Shown piece after piece: positions 1 through 10,394 of a stretch of 35,124 nucleotides of DNA. A model generated the notes under the pieces. It searched no databases. It was not told where the DNA came from and saw nothing but the letters and a program-made list of their open reading frames with translations. Location of the stretch: positions 1 through 35,124 of the forward strand of contig JAHLWZ010000142.1 in NCBI GenBank assembly GCA_020536535.1, read 5' to 3'. Within the stretch, counting starts at the first letter, position 1; every line of letters begins with the position of its first letter. Position numbers and translations under genes: made by a program. This DNA is from Pelomyxa schiedti. Lineage: Eukaryota > Protista > Evosea.

Positions 1-610
1 GTCATCAAGTTGGGTTCTTTCTTCAGAAGAAAAATTGCTCCCTCAGTCAAAAAGCGGAGTTGTTCAAGAGTCGGAGCGGGAGGGAGATCACTCTCTTGCA
101 CAGCGCACGTGCGACTGTTCGTCTCACCAGAGGCAGGCATCCCATAATTTGGTGACATAAGCCGAGAGTGCTGAGCAAGTATCGACCTGGCAGTGCCCCT
201 GGCTTTCCTCAGTGGCCCCCTCATGTTTTCCAGGAATCTCTCCCTCCACGTAGCCGCCCCCCCATGCTCCCCTCCCTCTGTAGTAGAAGCAGCGCATTGA
301 ATAAACCAACCACACCAAGCACACAAGCAAACACACCTCGAGGGAACCAAGAGACATCGCCCCCGGTGGCCACAAACAGCGGCCTCCACACCACCGTGTC
401 CACGTCCGTGGCGCCGTGCCGAGAGGCCAAGTTCGCCGCATCCTCGTCGTGCTGTGGCCCAGGGGGCCGCCCGCCGGGGCTCCCCCCCCCTCGTGTGGCT
501 CGCCACAGGCAGGGCCACGCCACGAGCATGCGCCAGCTGCTCACGCCGTCGTCGATTGCAGCGAGCTCCACGCACAACCTCACAACTACCTCCAACGGCA
601 GTAGCTCCAT
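1..610 (-). CDS. F-box-like + PPP-family (PP2A/PP4/PP6-like) phosphatase, copy A; 5' part only, continues off the left edge
   Basis: ATG at 610: [31 protein letters not shown] (F-box-like). Intron 278-336 (GT-AG) joins in frame to [10 protein letters not shown]...[11 protein letters not shown]. Near-identical to 21903-22514 (copy C), which continues into GDIHG. Confidence 0.8.
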
Positions 611-1577
611 GCTCAGCTTCTTTACCGTTGAAGTTCGAGGAAAAAAGAACTGGGTGGTTCGAATAGATTAACCAACACCGGAACGCTGTAAATCACGTAG
701 TCTCGGCGGTCTGGTGTTTCTTTTATTCGGCCAATTGCCTAGCTGTGACAAGGGTATTCTGGAGATGTGAAGTTGGTGGTGGGGTTGCCAACTTTGAAGC
801 GGTTGATGTAGCAGCAGTGCCCAGCAGAACTTCTGCTTATAGTGATTCTGCTCATGTTGGCGGTTGTGCCTCCACTTCTCAATTTGCGTTTCTTCATCGC
901 CCTTTGTGACTCCAACTCTGGCTCCCCTGTACTGTGCCACCAGTGTCACTGTCGCCAGTGCTTCCTTTCCTCCTTAAATACTGGAACATGTTGGCTTGGA
1001 TTTATTCCCCTGTGACAGGTATGTGTTAGCCTTCACAGTTACAAGTTACACTAAAAAATTGGTACTCACGAAGGTGTGCATTAGCAATATTCTCACCACT
1101 CCTCCTAGTGTGTCATACAACAAATGGAAACCTATTGATGTTGAAAACATCTTCCAGGTTTTTTTTTCCATCTTTTTGTTTCTTTTTTTTCCGCAGCTGC
1201 AGCTTGGAACCATCAACAACAAGGCCAAGCTCCTTCCAATTCCCTCAATGCACTCTCTCTGCTATCATCCCCAGTGGAGATGTGTCCAGCTTGTGCACTA
1301 TGGGTCACACCTTACCTGAGGATATACTCCACATTCCAGTAAAGGAATCTTTCGTCCAATGCCTCTGCTGCATTTTGCAATTGTTACAACAATGAGCTCA
1401 TTCGTGAATAGAATTTTTTTTCATTTGGGAATGGGTTGGTGTGCACGACTCTGTGTGGTCTCCCTTCCTTGTGGGCCTGCGATCTCGTCACAACTCGAGG
1501 ACCAGACACCACTATTTGGGCCAGCTAAATCCAAAAGAACAGATTTTTCCCATCCATCAAAAGGAGATTTTTTTTCT

Positions 1578-2210
1578 CTAGAGATAGTATTCTGTCTGTT
1601 GGTGCGGATGTGGATACGAAGGCAAGTTTGACCAGGTGAATTCCCTCATGAGGATTGTGCCATCTGCCACAATCCTCACATTAGGCACTGCTGTAGTACT
1701 GTTGCCGCAGGGGGCTGTGTGTTCCTCCATCACCACGGTGGCTCCTTGGTTGCCACAGTGGTAGCCGTAACTGCTGCGGCTGTCTATCGTGCACACAAGG
1801 TTGTCCAATTCCCAGGATATTCCATTCATCACCAGCTGGTGGCTTCTGACAATGAACTGCAGGTTGTTTCTGCTGAGGAACGACTTGCATGCACGGCGCC
1901 CATAGAGACCTGCACCCAATAAGCATTAACCAAGAATATGATAATTAACGCTGTAACCCCAAAAATGTTGAGGTTTTACATACACCCCGCTCCTCGAGGG
2001 GATGCAGACCAGTCTTCAGTGTGAGTGTCAGGGTCTGACCATAGGAAGTCGGTAATCTATCAGTGCAAATACTCATGTTACTTGAAATCAAAAAAAAACA
2101 ACGTTTACAATGCCTGCGTCAACTGGTGCTGAGTCAACGAATCTATCAAGTTTCAGGATATCACTTATCTCAGGCAGCTCTAACTTGTGTTTAGTTGAAG
2201 CGGTTCAATT
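1578..2210 (-). CDS. PPP-family phosphatase, copy B; 3' part only, truncated by the assembly gap
   Basis: Spliced reading LDRFVDS..GI|[16 protein letters not shown]|[46 protein letters not shown]. It matches PP2A-type DLLWSDP, SPRGAG, RAHQLVMEG and YRCGNQAA. Paralogous to 20628-21292. Confidence 0.8.
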
Positions 2211-2310
2211 NNNNNNNNNNNNNNNNNNNNNNNNNNNNNNNNNNNNNNNNNNNNNNNNNNNNNNNNNNNNNNNNNNNNNNNNNNNNNNNNNNNNNNNNNN
2301 NNNNNNNNNN
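2211..2310. other. Scaffold gap (100 N)
   Basis: Exactly 100 N, which is typical of an unsized gap. Confidence 0.99.
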
Positions 2311-2677
2311 GTATTATTATTATAAGTTGAAAAAGAACATAACCAAAACAAACGTGGGAGAGTCAGAGCCCGCTCGTGTCACCAGAGAGTCCAGCAAAAC
2401 CCCCAACACACACACCCCCAAACCCAAACCCCCCAGCCTCGTCCACTCCCAGACTCACACGCAGCACCAGGGCGTCGTATCTCGCGCGCAAAAAAGGGGA
2501 CCTGCACGGGGGAAAAAAAACCCACAAAAACAGCAAGGAAAAAACCCACAAAACACAACACGACACCACAACCGAGACAAAGAAAAAAAAAAACAACGAG
2601 ACAAAAAAAAAAACCAAGAGGGAATACGTGAGATCTCTCTTCGAGCGAGCTGCGCACCACACGAGCCGGTCACTCAT
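2311..2677 (-). CDS. Possible 5' exons of an unknown gene running into the gap
   Basis: ATG at 2677: MSDRLVWCAARSKRDLT, then a T-rich GT..GCAG intron, then SPFLRARYDALVLR and further GT donors. CpG-rich like other gene starts. No family recognised. Confidence 0.35.
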
Positions 2678-4755
2678 CACGGACACACACCTACCCCCGC
2701 ACGCACGCACTTGACTGTTTTAATTTTTTTTGAAAAAAAAAAAAGGAGAGATTCTTCCTTTTCCCGAGTTAAAAGGGCTCCAAATTATTTTTATGGAATC
2801 TTCTGGGGGCGGGAACTTCAATCTTTTTCTCACCTATTCTTGGGGCCTGAAAAGCACTCTGTCCGTCTTGCTCAGGTGTGCCTGAAGCAACCGGTTGGAG
2901 AGCCCGGGCACAGGGGTTAATCTACTGTAGGGGGTGAGTGTGGCACTACGAACCGATCGTACGTAAGGAGAAGGGATTCTCTTCATTCTCGTTATGTTCT
3001 GTCTGTGTGTGCTTCGTGCTTGGAGTGATGGTGATTTCTGTGCTGCTGTGTCCGGTTCCAGGTTGGGGTGAAATTGACTGTGATTGGTCACTGGGTGGGA
3101 CCCCACAGAGTGATGGTGACATCAGTGCTGTTGTGTGTGTGTGATGAGATCAGAGTACCCTGCGACTGGTGCCATGATGGGGCAGTGTGTCGGGGAGAGG
3201 GCCGGCATGTCGTTGCATATGGGGAGTGTGGTAGTGCACTCTCTGTATGTATGATCCACTGAGCAACCGCGCTGTGCTTTTGGTGCAATTCGGGACTGGC
3301 GGGAAATGGGCTGCGTGCGTTCCACTCTGGGTACACAATGGTTCTGTGGCCAGCTGATGTGCGAGCTTGTCCCGTGGTTCCATAAAATGCCAGATACGCT
3401 GCCTCTCTATTTCCACCCATAAGCGAGACACATGGCTGCTCGCTCCTTTTTGTTGGACCGGACCCCAGTCTCTCCGCCGGATCTTATAAGTCTGCTCTGG
3501 TTCCCGTTCGCACCCTACGTATCTAGTCATATTCCCGCGCCGATCCAATGGCGCCACTCTGATGGCTGTTTGGTGCCTGTGCCGGTGCTCGCTCCGACAA
3601 CTGAAATTCTCAGTGTTCTTCTTGTCCAGAAGGGTTGGACAAAGGGCCTACAAACAGCCCAAAGAGACTCAGAACTACAAAGGCACAAAAAGAAAAGTTC
3701 TGGTTAAGATACAATGGGAGGGAAGGAAAAAAAATTTTCTAAGCCACGAAGTTGTGTCACATTGGCAAACAAAAGGTGCCTTTTCAAACTGATTTTTTTA
3801 GTTTGTTGGTGGAGGACACTGGTAAGACAGTGGGCTCAAACAAATATCAAACTTTTATCAGCAGTGCTTATCAAACAACTACGATCAGAAATGAGGGAAG
3901 GAAAGCGTTTTGGGAGTGTTGATGGTGATCCCTTTGCCCATGATAAATTTACTGCCATGGAATCTAATTGTGAACTTCAACAGAACACAAGGAGGGATAC
4001 ACACTGGTATTTTTTGATACGCTATATTTGCCTGAAGTGTTTAACTGCATGCGCATAGACTCCGGCTCTCCCTAGTAAGTAGTTGGCTGTTTCAGCAAAT
4101 TCAATTTCACTAATTCAAAACTCTATGATCAAACACCTCATTTCCAGTGTACAATGAATAGGCAAAGGTGCCATTTTCTGCCCATAATAGCATTCGATTA
4201 GGTGTGCAACAACGCTACTACAACAAGCAAACGGGAACTAACTGTTGAACACCAGATGTTCCTCACTTATTCTCAAACCAGAGATTCCTGCCGCGGCGGC
4301 CATGTGTACTACACAACTTGAGTTCTCAGTGTGGTTTCATTCCCCAATCCAAATCCGAATTGAATATATAGCAGTCAAAACACACACCACCAGATGCATC
4401 TCTCAGAATGTATTCTTCCCCGTACTGCAATGGGGACGTGCTAGTGGCCATTTCCTTCCTTCCTTTTTGATTCAAAAGGTTTCACCTAAGTCATCAGACC
4501 CAAGAGCTCGATCAACGGTCGGTCTCTCCTCGCCGGTTCAAATTGGAAACTGTGCGAAACAGCGGGTACACCGGTGGGTTCAGTTTTGACAAGGAGCCGG
4601 CAGTTCGGAGCAAAACGTGATTAGAAGAAAAAAGGTGGCACTTTCCAAAGAAAAAGGGACAGCCATCCATCATCAGGAGATCTTGTATGTCATTGGGTGG
4701 TGGTAAGTGACCGACTGAACGAACCAACCAACCACTGCGTATCTTCTCAAAGACG

Positions 4756-7700
4756 ATGACAGATCCAAGTGCTAGCACTGCATCCATCTCTGACTCGTGT
4801 GGTGTAGCCACCGGCGATTTTCCGCCCCTCCCTAACCACACCCCCCCAACGGCCTGCAGCGGCGAAAACGCCGACGCAAATTCTTCGCACGGCAGATCGC
4901 GGCACTCGTCGTCATCTACGACGCCACACCATCACAAGCACAAAGACGAAAAATCGCAAGACGGCAGCGGCGGCACGACGAAACCCGAAAAAGAGCGATC
5001 TCACTCTGCTTCTTCCCACCACAGAGGATCCTCACACAAGTCGTCCTCATCGTCGAAGCACTCGTCCCATGCACTGTATGCGCTTTCTTCATTTTCATTC
5101 CTATATCTCTTTTTTTTCCCCCCCTGGTACAAATCGTCATTATGGTTCTCTTTTCAGGGCGAAGGATAGTGATGAGGAGGAAGAACCTCCACCTCCACCG
5201 CCTCCTCCAGTATCTGAAATGGAACCACCTCCTCCAGATGAGCAACGCACAAGTGGTGAAAGTCACTCACCCATTTCTATTTCACCTTCACCAGATGCAG
5301 CACAGTCACTTCAATCTTCTCCTCCTCTGCAAAACTCCCCAACAAAAGACACACCTCTACCTGCTTCATCACCACCACCATCACTTTCACGGTCACCCAC
5401 ACCTACTACATTATCAGCCACAAGCCTCCTGCATAGTACATCACCCGCAAATCAAAGACCAGCCCCTCCAACATCACCCATTGCTCCCCCACCTATAAGC
5501 AGCCCTGCTGTAACCACTGTAATAAAATCACTAACACCAACTTTAGTGAAACCACCACCTCTTATCACACCCCCTGTATTATCTATCCCAGCAGTTAAGC
5601 CTCTTAATCCCATTTTGAAAGTGGCATCTGCGCCTATACTAGTATCCCCTCCGGTTTCTACATCGACACCTCCTTCACCAAGCATCTCATCTCCACGTAC
5701 TAGCAATCGCTCCTGTACTACACCCCTTCAACCAATCCCCCCTCAGCTCCCACCAGCCTCCCCTCAATCCACAGTACCACTCAGATCTCTATCATCACAA
5801 CCTCTTAGTACCTCAAGCCCTCTTATTCCAAGCACAAGTCCTACACTCCTTCCAGCTGCAGCAGTTCCCCCTAGTCCGGGTAGGCCTACACCTCCTACCA
5901 ATGTACCTTCTCCCACAGCTACCAAATCTCCTCCTGTTTTGTCACAAGCCTCGACTCCTCTTAGGGGAAGGGTATCTAACGCTCTTTCTTCTTCTTCACC
6001 TTCCTTGAATGTTACTCGACTTGCTTCATCATCGCCACTCTCTGTGAAGGGGTATTGCGTTTTTTTTTCTCACAAGCCACCCTGACCTGCAGTAGGTCCA
6101 CCGATGATACAGGCTCCAAGCCTCCTTTACCTCCTCCCCGTCGGCCGCTTCCTTCTGCACCAATTCACTCACGTGAGAACTCTACCACAGGCTCAACCAC
6201 GACCACAGGTGGTGCCTCTCCCTCAAAGTTTGGTACACCCCCTGGGCATACACCTCCTTTCCGCACATCATCAGGTTTTTTTTTGAAACCATTACTATGA
6301 AGAAAGTAAACGCTAGGATCAGAGTCAAACTTGGCAAACACTGGAAAAGATGATGATAAGAAAAGGCTTGAAGATTTGGCAGTCCCTGAGATTGCTATTG
6401 CAGTTATATCCATTGTCACCTGAAAAGAGCCTCTCACATCACTGCAGGAATTAGAGACACTCAGCAGTTCAGTTTCTTCCTTCTACAGTGGCACAAATTC
6501 ACAGAGAACTGCACAACAAGGTTTGAGAGGCTATTACCCACCATGTTTGAATTATATGCCACTGATTGTATTGTAATTGAGAATGAGTGAATGAAGGTGG
6601 AAGATAAAACCTCACCAAGAAATGAATTACAGATTCCATTGAAAAGGGTTCTAATGCTGCCAGTGCTCTTCATGAGCTGGCCTCTGTTATAGATCATAAT
6701 CAATGCTTCAAAATATCTGAGACTCTTCGTCAGTGTTCTTCTATCTCCATCTTCAAAATTTGCTCAAACACTCAAAGGAGAGAACTTCTTGAAAGCAGCT
6801 GCTGTGTATCGTACTTTTAATGCCAAATACTACCCAGCACTGGTACCAAACCCACTTGTTCTTCTCAAGTCCTCATAGTGGCCTAGCATATACCTCCATC
6901 TGAACTCACTGCAGCCTTAACTCAAGCAGAAAAGCAAGTCCAATCAAATAAAGTATACTAACCTCATTTATTTACTCTGCCTAACACCTACAGTTGCTTT
7001 GGGACACAGTCCAAGTAAGCAGGGACAATTGCGATGCGGCCACTCAAAAGTTTTCTGCAGCACAAAAGAGGACCAAAAATGTTGACCTTATCAAATTGGC
7101 TGAGGCAATTTTCTCCCTTTGAATTTTCTTTTTTTTTTTTTTTTTGATAATAAGCTCTGTGAAGGCCCAACAAGAACGCGATTCTTTATTTTCCCTTTGT
7201 AAGAAAAACACTGATGAGGCTACCGCCCTTGGAACCAAAATTTACACACAGTATCTCACTTCCTTAATTATTTTTTTCCCCCAACCACATGCAGGTGTTT
7301 ACTTTCCTCTATGCTGTCTGTATGCGACAATTTTATAGATATGAAAACATCCATTGACAAGTACCCATTATTTTCTTTGTTTTATTTTAGTGTAATTACA
7401 GATTTTTATAAACCACTTCATTAACTGTTTCTTAATTTTCTCAGCTGCATGGGATTTCTTGAGGAACTACAATCAGACATTCAAGCATGGAAACGCTTTG
7501 CGACAGAGGTACCTTTATCAACATTTATGATTATTATTAAAGATATTTGTTGTAGGAATTAAAGGCAATCAACAGTCAGCAAAAGAGCGAACTAGAAACT
7601 CGACTCGAGAAGTGTGACCCCATCGTGCAACGATTAGTCAATAAAGAAACAGAATTCCTCACAACACTAAACACTTTATCTCATGTATGCTTTTTGCCTC

Positions 7701-10289
7701 GGGAAATGATGACTGCTAACATTATATACAACAGGTTTTCTTGGCAGGAATTCTAAAAGATGGTTCCCTGTTTGGGGAAATCACGAAAGAGCAAGTTGGG
7801 TGCATCTTCTACAACATTCAGCCTCTCCTCGAATTCCACACAACTCTTCACAAATCATTATCAACATCGTTGGACCCACAATCCATTTTTGCGGAAACAA
7901 TGGTTTGCATATTATAAGCCTCTTTGGTTCTCATTGTTTGAAAACAAGCAACCTTTGTGTGACCTCTACTCAAAGTACATCGCCAATTACACACATGCAC
8001 AGCATGCTCTTATAGTTTGCAAGGAGAAATCTCCCGCATTCTTGAAATTGTTAAAAGTATCTTTTTGCACCCCTACAATTTCCTTGTAACTCATGATCCC
8101 ATTAGATGTGTGAAGCTGAAGTGGGAAAAATTGACTTGTCAACTCTTTTAGCATCCCCTCTGCAGAGATTAAAGGAATATCTTCAATTCTTTGAGGTATT
8201 TACTTTAGGTAAATAATAATATTCTGATTATAATAGGGGGTCATTGCCTCTGGAGAACCAAATGTTTGCCCAACTCTTAAATACTTTGAAAGAAACTTTT
8301 CCTACAGACATCTCTTCACGTTACTGAGGCGTTGAGAGAGCTTTGTGAACTTGCTGAAGAAGCGAAGCTAGATCATCAAGTTTGCCACTGCTATCTCTCT
8401 GGTTGTTTTTGTCCCTCAGTTTTCTCATTTCTTCACCAGACTGCACTCGTGTCATGTGGCATTACCGGGTGGCGGGATTGTTTCCCTGTACCTCCTGGTA
8501 GACAATTCATAACACAGGGCACTTTCAACTCACGTGAACATGGGCTCATACGCATATTACTTTTCAGGTCTGATTATCTGGGAATTACCTTTGTTAAATT
8601 ATTTATCCTACAGTGACATTTTGGTACTAGCCAAGTGTAAAAGTAAGACTCTACAACCCCAATTTTTGGCGGCAATGGGATTGCATACATTTGGAATCAA
8701 GGAAGTACCAGATATTTCTCCAAGTTAGATGCAGATTTTCTCCCCATTTATTGTAACTCTTTGCAGCAATGAAATTTTGTGTTCAAATTGCCGATCCCCA
8801 CATGATAGTCTCATTCTCTGCAGAGAACGATAGCATACGAAAGGAATGGATAGAGCACACAAATAATGCGATTTCAAGGGTAATGCAACGCAAAGGTTTA
8901 TATATTTCACACTTGAAATAACACTGAGAGTGCCCAGTTTTCCACGTTGAGTTGAGAGAGCTTCTGGCCACAGGCAGAGAACAAGGGAGGGATGTTCCAT
9001 CCCTTGTGGAATCAGCTGTAGCCTTTCTAGAAAACTCAGGTTCCCAACCTGGATTGTTTGACCTTTTTTCCAACCAAAACCAAAAAAAAGTTGACAGTGA
9101 AGGTCTCTTCCGTATTTCGGGGAATGCAACTCAAATAGAAGAGCTAGTTACCAAAATCGAAGAAACTGGTATAGTTCTCCTTGGGAACTTAAATCTGAAA
9201 TGCACCAGACAGTGCTTTCGAGTTTCCAGAAAGTTCTGATCCAAATGTTGTTGCCGGAGTTCTAAAACGATTCCTGCGCAATCTCCCTGTACCTCTTATA
9301 CCATTTGCCTCCCAGTCGGAGTTTCTGAAATGCGCTGGTGTGTCATTCTTCCTGTACTTTGCATTTTTCTTTAATTACTTTCAGAGGAGAGGGATTACGC
9401 GCGGCGGGCAGTAATGCTACGTGATAACATTAATAGATTAAGTCCTGAACACCGGAATACACTGCAGTGTATTGTCAAACTCTTCTCTCAGCTAGCTGCA
9501 CATGAAGCACACTCAAAAATGAGTTCACGAAATATCTCAATTGTATTCGCGCCGCACTTCTTGCGCTCCAAAGTATACACCCATCTTTTATGGACTGATT
9601 TTTTACTTCGTAAAGGCGGCTGAAGACTTTACCAACCTTAGCAGTGGCCCCTTTGACGTTGTTACCTCAATGATAGATGACTATGAAACCATCTTTGGGG
9701 CATGCCTTCTCCTTTCTACTTCTTATTAACCTTTCCAGGAAATTGAGGCCAGTCGAGTAGCAAAGAAAGAAGCAGTGAGAACTACTTCTTCCTACTCAAT
9801 TACCAAAATGTTTCCCAACCCGCCATTTTCTTTTTTTTTTTTTTTTAGTATACTAACTGAAAATTGCACAGTAAAGCACCAGACTCTTCCGACCTGCACG
9901 AGACGTTTGGAGGAGTGCAAGGACTGGAGGAGTCTGGTATTTTCTAGTACTCCTGTTGTGTACCTCCTAATTACATGCCAATAGGAGGACTCACTCTCTC
10001 CCTTGCTGAAATTGTAAAGCAAGGAAACCTGACAATGAAAAGCACCTATAACTGGCCCACGAGGTGGCTCGCTCTTAAGAAGAACTACCTCTACTCTTTC
10101 AAAACCCCCAAAGACAAGACTCCCAAGAAAGTGATATCCCTTCAAGGAGCGGAGTTGCATGCTGAAGCCAAGAGGGAGTTTGGCTTCTCCATCACCACAA
10201 GCACAGGCACAACATACTCCTTCACAGCCAAAAATGAGGAGGACTTCAATGCCTGGTTTTCTGCCATAACCTCTTGTTGTTCCCCATAG
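4756..10289 (+). CDS. Large Rho regulator: Ser/Pro-rich N-terminus, BAR-like helical region, DH (RhoGEF), PH, RhoGAP, C-terminal PH; many introns
   Basis: Introns 5076-5157 and 6052-6095 keep frame. DH motifs: LVNKETEFLTTLNTL, IFYNIQPLLEFH, YSKYIANYTHA, LSTLLASPLQRLKEY. PH: LLFSDILVLAK..ERKEW. RhoGAP: VPSLVESAVAFLE, EGLFRISGN (Arg finger), VAGVLKRFLRNLPVPL, KMSSRNISIVFAP. Terminal PH: VKQGNL..RWLALK..EEDFNAWFSAI. Stop at 10287-10289. Confidence 0.9.
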
Positions 10290-10394
10290 AAACACTGCAA
10301 TGTATTCCACAACATAAACTAACATGTAGAGAGAATAGTTCAACAAAAAAATTTTTTTTCTACTTTAAAATAAGCCTTCTTCGGCACATAAAAA

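Noticed and set aside
1-2210. Retroposed origin of the phosphatase copies
   Set aside because: Although homology is confined to ATG-stop, introns are retained at the same positions, indicating DNA-level duplication.
2195-2920. 241-aa plus-strand ORF
   Set aside because: It spans the N gap and is the A-rich antisense of T-rich intron-like sequence.
2790-4500. Fragments resembling a TIR start (FNLFLTYSWG) and a homeodomain arm (PKRLRTTKAQKEK)
   Set aside because: No continuous spliced frame or downstream family motifs could be built. It may be a decayed gene, but that is unsupported.
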